The notes under the pieces were generated by a model. It was not told where the DNA came from. It was given only the letters and a program-made list of their open reading frames with translations, and made no database searches. Shown piece by piece: positions 16,852 through 29,580 of a DNA stretch of 64,000 bases; the first letter of the stretch is position 1; every line of letters begins with the position of its first letter. The translations under genes and the position numbers were made by a program. The stretch comes from the human T2T-CHM13v2.0 reference genome, Homo sapiens, in NCBI RefSeq assembly GCF_009914755.1, contig NC_060937.1; one strand, 5' to 3'.

Positions 16852-17166
16852 CTTAACAGAAAACCACAAAATGATCTATAGAATAAATGAAGACTTAATG
16901 CTTATGTGACATAGAAGCTCATGGAGACTTTAGATAAGTCATATAATTTTATACATGAGGAGATAACATCTGAATATATATTAAAAGATTAAAAAAGAAA
17001 TGATTTTGTTATAATCATTTTGTGATCCTCCTAGCAGGGACAAAATATATAGGAGTTTTGGTTCAGCCTTTATAAAAACTAGTTTTCACGTTACATTTGT
17101 GAGGTTACATTTGTGCAGCCACATTCTCATTTCAATCTTTGTCAAAGGACTAGATAAATATTTTAC

Positions 17167-18516
17167 CCTTTTCAAATCGCAATTACAATCTTTGTCAGGA
17201 GTATGAGAAATCAGAATTTTGGTGTTTTGTATGAATTAGAGGACTTCTATATTGCTTTGACCTTTTTAATATTCTGTAATTTAATTGGACGGACAGTCTA
17301 CTTTTAACCAGGCTTGCCAGTCTTCCTATTTAATAAACTTACTGACACAAAGTACTGTTTTAAATGGCTGCTTCTACTTTGTTCCCTGAGTAGAAGCTTC
17401 TGGACTGGTTAAAACATCGCTTTTACCAACTAATATTTCTCCATTTTCTTTTAGTCAGTAAACATTTAACAATTCATATATGGCCAGCTGGGTTTTATTA
17501 CTTCATTTCTTTTCTGGATGTATGATAGTTTCAGAATTAGGTTTCTAGTCCAATTTCTTCACGCTTACTGAGCTTTAAATTAGTCTAGGACTACGAATAG
17601 AGAAGTCCACTGGAAAACTCTGAGATGCCTCTTTCCGACCTTGTTCTGAGGATTGTTTAAAATGCGAAATACAAAAGGAGACACAGTTGCTTATTCCTTG
17701 TTTCAGCCTATGTCTATGTGTTTTTTAAATGAATGAAATTATGCATAACTAACATTGGAATTAACTTTTTTTTTATTATACTCTAAATTCTGGGGTACAT
17801 GTGCAGAATGTCCAGGTTTGTTACATAGGTCTACATGTGCCATGGTGGTTTGCTGCACCCATCAACCTGTCATCTACATTAGGTATTTCTCCTAATGCTA
17901 TCCCTCCCCTAGCCCCCCATCCCCTGACAGGCCCTGGTGTGTGATGTTTCCCTTCCTGTGTTCATGTGTTCTCATTGTTCTACTCCCACTTATGAGTGAG
18001 AACATGTGGTGTTTGGTTTTCTGTTCTTGTGTTAGTTTGCTGACAATGATGGTTTCTAGCTTCATCCTGGATAAAGAAAATGTGGCACATATACGCTATG
18101 GAGTCTATATGTTTTTAGACACTGGCCTCAACAGGGTACATCTGTTATTTGGGATCACATTCTCTGTCGGGCTGGACAAGACATTGGTGGTCTTGAAGAC
18201 AGAGGAAGAAAAGAAAATAGTGAGCACTCACTATTTTGGGTTTTCATAACAAGATCTCTTTTGAATCACCTAAGTAGGTGAAAACTAGTTACAGACTCAT
18301 TTGGATTCCCCCCTCGTTTTCACTTTCTCATTTTCTATCTGTTTCTTTCTCATTCTAAAAGTCATAAAACTCCATATTAAAAGTGGGTTGGTAAGAATGG
18401 AAGAAAAAAGGATCATCTTGGTTTTTATTACATTTTCAAAATTAGAAAGATGGGAGTAGGTATATTTTTTCTTCCCCATATTTTCCTACATTAATTGTGA
18501 AGTGAATTGATTCAGT
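17167..18516 (-). pseudogene. Large pseudo-exon (~960 bp after removing the inserted L1)
   Basis: Acceptor ttttttcccctatcatactgaag|, donor agg|gtaaaa. TESIHFTINVGKYGEEKIYLLPSF...QCLKTY|L1|RHRLKQGISNCVSF...EDWQAWLKVDCPSN...HTPDKDCNCDLKR. Confidence 0.65.
17726..18102 (-). mobile_element. Short L1PA7-like insertion with 5' inversion and a possible ~40-bp 3' transduction
   Basis: Antisense L1 3'UTR ~17766-18067, then a sense piece tggataaagaaaatgtggcacatatac. 14-bp TSD gtctat(g/a)tgttttt at 17712-17725 and 18103-18116. Confidence 0.85.
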
Positions 18517-18748
18517 CTTCAGTATGATAGGGGAAAAAATAAATAAACATCCTGAGAAGAAGCTGTTAATTCTTTGATGTATATTTGAATAGTGTCTCAC
18601 ATACAGTAGTTGCTCAATAAATATCCATTGAAAGAGTAAATGACTGGATGATAGTAAGTACACCATCTCAATTAGGTCTTTTTACATAGATGGGAGAATA
18701 TAATTATTTCTGAAAGACAGAAATTAGCAGATGTAGAGAGGAGCTTAC

Positions 18749-18986
18749 AAGAACTTCATCTCTGTAAATCTATCTTCCCAAGAAAGCCTGATTCACAGAG
18801 GAGACACTGATCCAGGTGTGCCGACTGACTGCTCAAACCTTTTATGCCCAGGTTTTTTCTGGTTCCCTGGCACTGCTATTAACATGTAAAATGTATCCCT
18901 AATTAATCTGTTTTGTAATTTGAGATTTTTAGCACATCTGGATCTCTTAGAACTTGGCATACAGATTATTTTAGTGGTTCCTTCCC
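18749..18986 (-). pseudogene. Pseudo-exon, ~238 bp
   Basis: aaattttag| ... ctt|gtaagc. Frame with one stop: EGTTKIICMPSSKRSRCAKNLKLQNRLIRDTFYMLIAVPG...; an alternative frame has HLDQCLLCESG. Confidence 0.65.
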
Positions 18987-19213
18987 CTAAAATTTGCAAT
19001 ATGTTCATTTCAAGTGAGGATCAGGAATGAGATGAATTTTTATCTTCCCAAACTCTCTTGAAGGCCAGAATTCATGAGAGGCAGTGATTTGAATCCTGGC
19101 TCTGAAACCTCTGAATTCTAAGGCTTTTAGCAAATTATTCTTGGAAGCATCTTCATCTTAAAAATTGTTATCTCTGTAATAATACCTACCCTGTAGGGTC
19201 AATCATTGCTTAC

Positions 19214-19292
19214 TATTATTATCCTGATATTTTCCATTTCTTTATTAAAATTCATTTTGCAATCACAATCCTAATGTCTTCTCTTTGACTCC
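19214..19292 (-). pseudogene. Pseudo-exon, 79 bp
   Basis: tttctttgctttcacag| ... ata|gtaagc. Frame ambiguous. Confidence 0.6.
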
Positions 19293-19365
19293 CTGTGAAA
19301 GCAAAGAAACCTAGTGGACCTGGCTACCTAATTGACACACAGAGTGTTCCAGGACAAGTCCATAC

Positions 19366-19476
19366 ATGCCTGATGGTACAGTCATGGCTGGTGGGAGACT
19401 GACCCATGTGAGCCATATTTAAACACATTATCTGGAAATCTCCCCATGCATAGGAGACAATATATATATTTTCAAA
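19366..19476 (-). pseudogene. Pseudo-exon, 111 bp
   Basis: atgtttcag| ... cat|gtatgg. Open phase 0->0: FENIYIVSYAWGDFQIMCLNMAHMGQSPTSHDCTIRH. Confidence 0.6.
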
Positions 19477-20132
19477 CTGAAACATTTCCTTTAAATTGTG
19501 TGAGTCCATGCTTTTGACTGGGTAGTGGTGGTGAGCAAGTCTGGTGATATTGGTACACTACTGAGAATCATTCAGAAGATCATGACATCATTATAGAATC
19601 TGAATATCAGGGTCAGGCTATGTGGCATTAAAAATATAAATGGTAAACTTTAGAGCACACCAAAACTCAACAGTATCTGCATGAGTATTTTAGGGAAACC
19701 AATGAAACAAGTTTTTTCTCTCGAGTCTAGGAATTTACACATAACAGGCACACAGGATTTAGCCAGATGTTTAGAAGTATTGTTGAAAGGATAACAAAAA
19801 ACATGTATCCATTCTTATTCAACTTTTTGGTGGTAAAAATATACCCTAGTTTTTTTTTTTAAAAAAAGTTGATGTTTTATTTCCATATTTCCTTATACAA
19901 TAGGTGTACACTTAATGATAAAGTGTTTAGTAAATTCAATCAGTGTAACTTGCTGTGCATAAACTTTGTACACTTGGTACAATATAAATAATTTCTCCCA
20001 ATTTATCTTTCTAATAAAATATTTTAATATGTTTACTTTTCATAAAGTGCATGAGATGATTAAATTTAGTGGTGGGTTCATATGAAATAGGGCTGAGCCG
20101 TGCTATGGATCAGCAATGGACTGCCATCATAC

Positions 20133-20374
20133 CCATGTATCCAAGGGCCGACCATTTTTATCTTCTCATTCAGTGTTCTTTTACCTACATTTCTTCTTCG
20201 CTTTTATGAATGTGGGCAGCAGAGGAGAGGGGCAATTATAGTGACCAGGATGAGAGAGTGCTCATCCTGAGCAACAGCGTTCCCAACTACTAGAGCATTC
20301 TCTCATTCTGATCACCATCACCATCTCACGTCCTGATCACTATTGAGGGGGTGCCACAGTCAGCATCGTTACAT
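20133..20374 (-). pseudogene. Pseudo-exon, 242 bp, frameshifted
   Basis: aattttatag| ... tgg|gtatga. CNDADCGTPSIVIRT*DGDGDQNERML / SG*ALSHPGHYNCPSPLLPTFIKAKKKCR...GRPLDTW. Confidence 0.6.
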
Positions 20375-20640
20375 CTATAAAATTCATGGATGCATGTTAA
20401 ATAGCTTAAATGCAACGTCTCCCATAACTAATTTTTAAAAAAATAACAGTGGATAACCATAAAACAGATGGCTTCCAGAGGTGGACCCAAATGACAAACA
20501 CTTTAATGAAAAAATGGGCAAAGGATGAAAACAGATGATTCACAGGAAATATTTCAATTCATAATAAACACAGAAAAGATGCTCAATGTCACTAGTGGTC
20601 TAAAAAATCAAAAGTAAAATATTAAAACAACAGTTTTTGA

Positions 20641-20944
<304 letters not shown>

Positions 20945-21178
20945 CAGACTAGCAAAAATTCAAAAATATAAATGATACTCAGTTTGGGTGAGGACATGGG
21001 AAAATAGGCCCTCTCATACATTATTGGCACAACAGATAGAAATTTTAAAATGTTTATAGATTTTGATCTAACAATGTAAACTTTAGAGATCTACGCAACA
21101 GAAAAATATTGACTTATATGCATAAACTGCATGTACAAGCTGTCCATTGAAACACTTTTAGCAATTTTATAGCCTCAC

Positions 21179-21219
21179 AAATATTGAGAGGACCTCATTT
21201 TTGGAAGCCTATTATGTTT
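21179..21219 (-). pseudogene. Pseudo-exon, 41 bp
   Basis: tttttctcacaatgttgtag| ... ttt|gtgagg. Open phase 0->2 KHNRLPKMRSSQY, bridging 22157 and 20374. Confidence 0.45.
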
Positions 21220-21280
21220 CTACAACATTGTGAGAAAAACAGCACATTGAACAGATTAAATAATTAAATTTAGGTTCCTA

Positions 21281-21597
<317 letters not shown>

Positions 21598-21624
21598 GTT
21601 CCTACTTTTAAAATTGAAATATAT

Positions 21625-21781
21625 AAAGACCACAAATTGGATGCAGTGTACACTGCTCGGGTGATGGGTGCACCAAAATCTCACAAATCACCACCGAAGA
21701 ACTTAGTCATGTAATCAAACACTACCTGTTCCCCAATAACTTATGGAAATACAAAAATTTAATTAATTAAATAAATAAATA
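21625..21781 (+). mobile_element. L1PB1-like extreme 3' fragment
   Basis: cagtgtacactgctcgggtgatgggtgcaccaaaatctcacaaatcaccac...cctgttccccaataac. Confidence 0.85.
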
Positions 21782-21859
21782 GAGTGACTTGGGGAAAATA
21801 TCATTGAGATATATAGGGAGTGTCATATACACGAATTTTGTTAAAAAATTTTATTCTAA

Positions 21860-22091
21860 TTTTTATTTACTTTTTGAGACAGTCTCACTCTGTCACCCAG
21901 GCCGGAGTGCAGTAGCCTCATCACAGCTCACTGCAGCCTTGACCTCCTGGGTTCAAGTGATCCTCCCACCTCAGTCTCCTGAGTAGCTGGTGCATGTGCC
22001 ACCACACTTGGCTAATTAAAAAACTTTTTATTTTTATTTTATTTTATTTTGTTTTTGTAGAAACAAAGTCCCACTATATTGCCCAGGCTGG
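21860..22091 (-). mobile_element. AluJ partial
   Basis: cacagctcactgcagccttgacctcctggg...tcctcccacctcag (J diagnostics). Confidence 0.85.
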
Positions 22092-22156
22092 ATTTTTTTT
22101 TTTTTAAAGACTTTTATCTTAAAAATTATTTGCTCATTAAGCATTTATTTGCTAAC

Positions 22157-22369
22157 TTCCAGGTGGCAAAAATTATGGTGTTTAAAATTATTTCTGAGAC
22201 ATCTGGAAATTTTCATGTAAGTTCTATAAATGTAGTTTTACTCCTTCATTCCTCAGTTGTAACTAGAAAAATATTTGCCAATGTCGTCAATCAAACTTCC
22301 ACACCAGTGAGAAGATGACATTTCCTCCTCTTTCCAGGAAGGATAGGAAGGAATTAGTCAGAAACTAAG
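22157..22369 (-). pseudogene. Pseudo-exon, 213 bp
   Basis: aaatag| ... gaa|gttagc. Phase 0->0: LSF*LIPSYPSWKEEEMSSSHWCGSLIDDIGKYFSSYN*GMKE*NYIYRTYMKISRCLRNNFKHHNFCHLE. Confidence 0.6.
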
Positions 22370-24040
22370 CTATTTATTTAAAAAAGATATATTATATACC
22401 TATAGAGTGTCTGGATGCTCATTTATATCCCAGAGATATTCGGATGAAAACATAGTCCCTGTCTTCACAGTATAGGCACACAAATAATTGCATACCTAAA
22501 TAGTACGAACAGCATCACTCCTTAGGTATAAAAAGAATCTCACTTCATCTTTTCTTTTTTCATGTTAAAACTTCCTGGTTCCCTATTTGCACAAAATATT
22601 CGCAATGCTTAGTCCCTCTCCTGGGGCCTCCAATCCCAACCATCTGTAAACAGGCCAAGGACAAGAAAGAGTTCCTTCAGCCCTAAAGTGCCAGTCCTGT
22701 TTCTATATAATTGCCTCTTGGAGAGAGAATTGGAGGACCTGCTCAGTTCCCAGGCGAATCCCCTATTGTTGGCTGTCATCAATTCTTTCTCCACCCCATG
22801 TGTATCATTGTTGAACACTGGACACTCAGCCTGGCTTGGAGTCATACTCATCAACTGTAATTAAGATCCAACTGTGGCAATGCCAGCTCTTCTAGCAAGG
22901 CAGAGTTTTTCAGGGTAAAGGAAATTAGGGGACGTCTCTGCAGTGTGGCTCCTAGGTTGTAACTGCACTTGGCCCTGTGGTAAACGATTTAATACCTGCT
23001 GCTAGGCTGCACATAGATGGTTCATTGAGGGAACCTGCTACTACCCACTAATGTTAAGGAGAGCAGTGGGTGTTTCTTATCGTAACGCCTAAGAACTGCG
23101 TGGCTCCTCATACTCCTTTTTTAGATTCTTTCAGTGGGCCACCTCCAGCAGACACCAGTCCGTCCTCTTTCTCTTTGACTCAGATCCTCACTAATTTCCT
23201 GTTATACAATGATTGGCACTTTCTCCCCCTAGGGAACTACATGAGCAGGTTACATATGTAACAGGGAAAAGGAATAGGAAGTAGAGATCTGCAGCGCAGC
23301 CATCATTTCCGGGCTGACCAACCCATTCCCAACCCACATGGGAGGAACTGCCTCTGGGTAGAGGCTGCTGCTGAGGGTGTCCCACACCCTGTACAGGAGT
23401 GTAGGAGTCTGAAGAATTGTGGTCTCAAAGTTTTGAGAAGTGTTTTATTGTTCTAATAGTCAGAGACTTGAATTCACATTTGGTGTGTATTTTTCCTTTG
23501 TTGAGGGGAACCACTTGGGGGAATTTTTCAGTTACTCAAAATAAAAAGGGTTTGAAGAAATGATGACTGTGGATTTTCTTAGTTCAGTTAAAGACTGATT
23601 TTCTAGTTCAAGGATGCTCTTAAACTGAGACCACAGACATACTTAATTTCTACCCATTAAGTGAATTCAAGTTTTATTGCTATCTCCTGCCACCCTTAGG
23701 CCTAGCGGGAGGACTGAGAAGGATACATGTGCTTGTGTGTATGTGTGTGTTTGCTGTGAGGCTACAATTAGGCACTGGATCTGGTTATCCGGACTAGGAA
23801 GTGACGAAAGAACCTTCAGGCATATCAGTAAAGATAAAGATCAGAGTGTATCTTCTAATATGTCAGGCTGTCTCAGGGAGAGGTCCAGAAGGGATTTTAG
23901 ATGGTTACCTGCGTGTCACTGAAACAAAATTGAAACTAGTGCACTGTAACTAAATTGCAGTATTCCTTTGATAACCTAGGGCTTATACATTTTAGCTAGT
24001 TTGTCAGACAATTTGATAACCAAAGGGAGAAGACTTCACT

Positions 24041-24233
24041 TAGGGTTGCCAGATTTAGCAGAGAAAATATAGAATACCCAGGCATATTTGAATTGCAGAT
24101 AAACAAAAAATGATTTTAGTATAATTATGTCTAAAATATCACATGGGTTATACGTATAGCCTAAAAGACTACTCATTGGTTATCTGAAATTTAAATTTAA
24201 CTGGGTGTTCTGTATGTCTATCTAGCAAACCCA
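24041..24233. mobile_element. MER53-like palindromic hAT MITE
   Basis: TIRs tagggttgccagat / atctagcaaaccca with inverted internal arms (tttgaattgcagataa / ttatctgaaatttaaa). Confidence 0.85.
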
Positions 24234-24364
24234 GTCTCATTAGATAGTAATATTTTCTTTAAATTCAAGTCCCTCCACAGAGGAATTTTCATAGTATTGG
24301 AAACGCAGTATTTGGGCTCACTCAGCACTCACTTCCAACCATTTTTTTCTCCTGACTCTCTTAC

Positions 24365-24482
24365 TTTTAGAGTCTGGAAAGGTAAGCACTCAGTTTTCTT
24401 AGACACCTTTTTGCAGGAGTAGGCAAAGAACTCAAAGACTGACAATGAGTCTTTATCAGAAGTCTTCTAGGCAGACCCCCCT
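24365..24482 (-). pseudogene. Pseudo-exon, 118 bp
   Basis: cctttttatttcag| ... aaa|gtaaga. Phase 2->0: GGSA*KTSDKDSLSVFEFFAYSCKKVSKKTECLPFQTLK. Confidence 0.7.
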
Positions 24483-24558
24483 CTGAAATAAAAAGGTAGC
24501 CCTTCTCAGGAAAAAGCATTTTTGTCCTTTCTACCCTTTTCTTGCCTGTTATCCAAAA

Positions 24559-24651
24559 GCCAAGATTGTGCCACTGCACTCCAGCCTGGGTGACAGAGTT
24601 AGACTCTGTTTCAAAAATAAATAAATAAACAAATAAATAATTTTAAAAAAA
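24559..24651 (+). mobile_element. Severely 5'-truncated Alu (3' ~55 bp plus tail)
   Basis: caagattgtgccactgcactccagcctgggtgacagag plus A-rich tail, with caaaagc on both sides. Confidence 0.85.
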
Positions 24652-24991
24652 CAAAAGCAATGACAGTAAATGCAGCATTCCTCATGCAATCACCAGGTGA
24701 CAAGCATAAGGACAAAGGTCTACACAGTGATGGAGAGATCTTGAGTTCCAGATGATCAGTAAGTCACTCTACCTTCACTAAACTACCAATCTCCAGACTT
24801 CTTGTTATTGGACAGAAAATAACTCTTATCATTTACAGCTATTATATTTGAGTTTTTCGTTAATTGTAGGTGACTTATCCCTACTGATACTTCTCAAAAC
24901 TCCCACCAATATAGAGCTATTTAGTTTTACATAACTAAAAAAAAATCAAATTTTAGAAAGACAGAGTGGTATCATAGGTAAAGTAATTTAC

Positions 24992-25409
24992 TCTTATAAA
25001 GATGCTTTGGGAATGAGGAGAAAAAACAATAAAAGAAATGTGATGTCCTGATCACATTTTTTAGAAGACTCCGTTTGTGCTTCTATGGGTAGAGGGATAA
25101 AAACAGAAGTTTTTATGAGAAACTTGGTAAGATCATAAGAAAAGACCATCAGAAACAGTAACATTGCGTGAGAAACTTTGTCAAATTGTGGACATCATCA
25201 GAGCTACTTCTGGGTCAAGTGTTGATGGATTGTGGACAGAGTTAGAGAAGAGGTTATTCTTGGCACCTTTGCAAAATCATACACTTCTTTTTGGCACTCA
25301 AAGTCAGTAGCTTGGGGAATGTCTAGAGGCAGCCTGTCTGGCATAAGCATTGACCTGCTCACAATTGGCACCACCAGTGGGGGCAGAAGGAGGAGCTTGC
25401 TTCAAGCAA
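24992..25409 (-). pseudogene. Pseudo-exon, 418 bp
   Basis: ttgtatgtttttag| ... aga|gtaaat. Single frame phase 1->2: SKLLLLPPLVVPIVSRSMLMPDRLPLDIPQATDFECQKEVYDFAKVPRITSSLTLSTIHQHLTQK...SYDLTKFLIKTSVFIPLP. Confidence 0.7.
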
Positions 25410-25495
25410 CTAAAAACATACAAGAACCAGAATAAAAGAACAGATGAATATTAGTGAGGCTGACAGACTGGCTTGTTAGCGTGTAGGAAATGTAC

Positions 25496-25974
25496 CTTTG
25501 GAGGCTTCCAGTAATAACTGGGGGACATTTTGAAGTGGTCTGAAGTTCAGTTATTTCACAGGTGAAGGAACTTGATCCATCATGTTTGGTATTATAAATT
25601 CATGTGTATTTTGGCATAGCCTTTTGGTGGGGCAATATTCCTGTTAACCTAGGATTTTCAGAATTTAGCTATGCTCCTCAAAGGCTGAGATGTATGTGTG
25701 CTGTGTGTCTACATTCTTTGAATAATTTTCCAAGTTGTATCATAATCATTAGCTGGAATGTCTCCTTTTCCTATTGCTTTGCTTCAGGTGCTGGTTGTTA
25801 CGCATCTGAGTTTTTAGAAAAGTTTCCTAATTGATCTTTATGCTTCTCTTCTTAACTTTCTCAAACTCAAATTGCCCTCTGCTACCAGAACATGTCAGTT
25901 CCATATGTAAAAATTTTCAGTTATTTCTTTTTTGTGTATAAGGTTCAAGTCAAATAATTTTCATAACATGTTGG
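25496..25974 (-). pseudogene. Pseudo-exon, ~480 bp (5' boundary uncertain)
   Basis: Donor aag|gtacat in phase 1, matching the next exon over an 86-bp intron. ...QEYCPTKRLCQNTHEFIIPNMMDQVPSPVK*LNFRPLQNVPQLLLEASK. Confidence 0.6.
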
Positions 25975-27707
25975 CTGCTTTTACAAGCAGATCTTCCAAC
26001 ATTCCCTAATGTGTACTTTTGTACTCCATTCATGTAAACAACTCCCTGAACACTCTATGTCCTTTCTTCCATGGGCATATTCTCTACTTATTGAAGGGGA
26101 TACCATTTTTCTCTTCACCTGTTTCACTTACTCCTACCAAATCTTCAAGTAAATTCCCAAAATGACTTTCTTTATTAAGCTTCCTCTGGGACCCATGAGG
26201 GAGAATTAGTTATTACTCACTGCTGTGCTCCCATAATAATATGTGTGCATCCCCATACTGAGCTCCTCACTTAGTATTGTAATTATTTGATTCCATGTCT
26301 CTTCCATTATAGCTTCAGTTTCTTGAAGGCAGCTAATCTGATGACCTGTCTTTAAGACCAAATTATAAATAGTAGGTGTTTAATAACTTTAATTATGTAA
26401 TCAATGACTCATACTTTTAAAAATGAACTCCTCACCAAGTTCTGTTGTTTCTACAGGCCAAGTATTTCTCAACATGCTTGGTTTCTCACCATGCCAACCA
26501 CCACTACTATAGATTAGAACATCACCAGCTAGCTTCAGGATTATTTCCTTGGTCAGTATTTTTATTTTTCTTCCATCAGAAGTATTTTAAAAAGGGAAAT
26601 TATATGAACAGATTTGTGGTTTCAGAAAAATAATCCTGGAAGCTATGTAGAAATTGGATGGTGGCTGGTGAAGAATGGAGAAAGCAAACCAGTCCAATTT
26701 CCACAAAGCTGCCAGAGTCATTTTTCTAAAACCCACAGTTCTGCTCACATAACTTTCCTTATTAAAACATTTCCTATGGAAAGTAATAAGCTAAGCATGT
26801 GCTTCAACATATTTTTTCTGTCCCAGTTGTCTGCTAAGGTTACTAAGTTCACACAGAAAGGGAAAAGTTAGTTTTACAACTGGAACCCAGTGTGGGGTTT
26901 TAGCTAATTGCCTTAAGTTTGACATTTCCATTGAGTCAGTGGAGGTGATCCAGGTAGACCACAACGGTCCCTTGCCTGCTGCCCCATCCCTTCTCAGGAC
27001 ATCAGAGGAGGAAAACAGACTCCTTCATCATCAGGTACACTGAGTAAGATACCTATATACAAGTTATTATTTTTTGAGCCAATGGCTAGGACCAGTAACC
27101 ATTTAGCAGTCAGTCTTGCTCAAGGAGAGGCAGCTTACTGAGCTGAACTGATACAAATCAGGGCAGTTGGTAGAATCCCTAGCCCCCACATCCTGCATGC
27201 CCTGGGAACAGCCTGCAAGTCACTAGACTTTCCTCAGTTGAGGGACTCAAACTGCTGAGCTGATTTCACCTCCCATATTGGAACTGGAAGCTCCCCCAGG
27301 CCACTTCCCTCGGCAACCATCTACTTCAATGTAGGGAATCCAGCCTTCCAATTTATTCATCTCCAATATCCTTGGAGAGAAAACTTTCCTTTTTTTGTGA
27401 GGTGTCTGATAGTGACCAATGGTCAGAAAACCCTACAGCAGATCTATACTACACAGGGAATTAAAGATGCTCTACTGCTAACAGCACTGTGAGCCATTAT
27501 TACAGTTATCACTATTTCGGCACTGACTATGTATCAAGCATTGGCTAAGTGTTCCATATAGTTAATTATCACAATGATTCCATGACTTTACTGTTATTAT
27601 TATCTTGATTTTATGGCTGAGGAAACAGAAGTACACTATCCAGGTAGGGAGTAAAGAGCTGGAATTTAAACCCAGGCAGACTTACCAAATGGGCTATACA
27701 ATCTTCT

Positions 27708-27930
27708 ATTTTTTTCTTTTTTTTTTTTTTGAACCTGCCTCTGAGATTCAAGTGATTCTCTTGCCTCAGCCTCCCAAGTAGCTGTGATTACAGGTGCCCT
27801 CCACCATGCCGAGCTAATTTTTGTATTTTTAGTAGAGATGAGGTTTTGCCATGTTGGCCAGGCTGGTCTCAAACTCCTGACCTCAGGTGATCTGCCCACC
27901 TCAGCCTCCCAAAGTGCTGGGATTACAGGC
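27708..27930 (-). mobile_element. AluSx-like with most of the right-arm 3' part deleted
   Basis: Poly-T joins directly to the mid right arm (aacctgcctc...caagtgattctc). Left arm largely intact. Confidence 0.88.
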
Positions 27931-28639
27931 TGTATAATCTTTCTGCTGGCAATTGCTTGCCTATATTTATTACTATGATCATACAATGAAGACTCACTTG
28001 ATATGTAACAGAAGTCAGAAAGTGCAAGAGGGGATTGATTGGCACAGATAGATCAAGTGTCTCCCACTGACATTGTAATGGAGGAGGTAGAAGAGAACTT
28101 GAAATGTCTATTGTTCAATCTCAGTGGTAATTGAAAGATAATGGCATTAAAAATTTTGTTGATTGGATCCAGGCTGACTCACAAAAGAAAACCAAGAAAT
28201 AGAAATAAAGGACTTTGCAGAATCGAAAACACAAAGATAAATCCCTGAGAAAAATGAGGAAATAATGGAATGGGTATGGCTTCAGTCAGAATCACTGATC
28301 TTAAATCCAACTTCAGAAATTATACTTGAGTGTGGAGTAAAAGAATATTGAATTGCAAATTATGAGATGAAAGATAAGACATAGACAATAGACACATGAG
28401 ACTATTGAAACCTTTCTAAGAAAGAAAGGTTTGAGCAGAAAATTATTTTCTGCACTGAAAGACCATGTGATACTTTTGCAATAAAAGGTTCAATAACAGT
28501 AGGCAATATTTTTAAAAATCATATTTTTAAAAATCTTTAAGGAAGTATTCCAGCCAAATGAAAACTGTATTGTGATAAAAATTGTAAGACAGAAGAAAAT
28601 AAATTAATTAGGAAGCCTATGGATTAACGAAATATTTAT

Positions 28640-29032
28640 TTTATTTAATGTTTAATTTCTATAGGTTTTGGGGGAACAAGCGGTGTTTAGTTATATGAGT
28701 AATTTCTTTAGTGATGATTTTTGAGAATTTGGTGCATCCATCACCCGAGCAATATGCACTGAACCCAATTTGTATGTAGTCTTTTATCACTCACCCACCT
28801 CCCATCCTTTCCCCAGAGTCCCCAAAGTCCATTGTATGCCATTCTTATGCCTTTGCATCCTCATAGCTTAGTTCCTACTTGTGAGTGAGAACAAAGATGT
28901 TTGGTTTTCCATTCCTGACTTAATTCACTTAGAATAGTCTCCGGTCCCATCCAGGTTGCTGCAAATGCCATTAGTTCATTCCTTTTCATGGCTGAGTAGT
29001 ATTCCATCATATATGTATACCACAATTTCTTT
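28640..29032 (-). mobile_element. L1PB1-like 3' fragment
   Basis: ataggttttgggggaacaag...ggtgcatccatcacccgagc...tcatggctgagtagtattcc. Confidence 0.88.
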
Positions 29033-29269
29033 AAACTCTGAAAAAAATAATTGCTACTTTGTAGAAGGTATAATGTATAGTTATGAAAAGAATCTTGAAG
29101 TAGAAATACATAATGGAAGCAGAATTAGCAAACATCTGCTTCCAAAGTTTTTAACATAGGTCAACGTAATGCAAGAGGAATATAAGTGTGCAAAGTTCTT
29201 CTCCTAAGGGAAGTGAAGACATGATTATTTAATTTATAATACTAATAAGTAAATATAAGTTCAAATAAA

Positions 29270-29580
29270 TTACTAAGCCACTCTTCTGCATGTACTGTTT
29301 CCTCTGCTTGGAATACTCCTGCTAAGTGTATCTACATGGTCCATCCTCTTATGTCTCAGTCTGCTCAGATTTCTTTTCATCAGAAGGATCTTTCCTGCTC
29401 CCCCATTTAAAATAGCATTTCTCATCACCCTTAGTGATTTCTTTACTGTCCTCCAACGATGCACATAATAGAATGTAAGTTCCCTGAAGGCAAGACTATT
29501 GGTTTTCTACACTGTCCTATCCCCAATGCTTAGAAGAGTACCTTACACATATTAGACTCTTTATAAACATGAATGAACAA
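29270..29580 (+). mobile_element. LINE-2 3' end
   Basis: tagaatgtaagttccctgaaggcaagac...tatccccaatgcttagaagagtacc...atgaatgaa. Confidence 0.75.
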
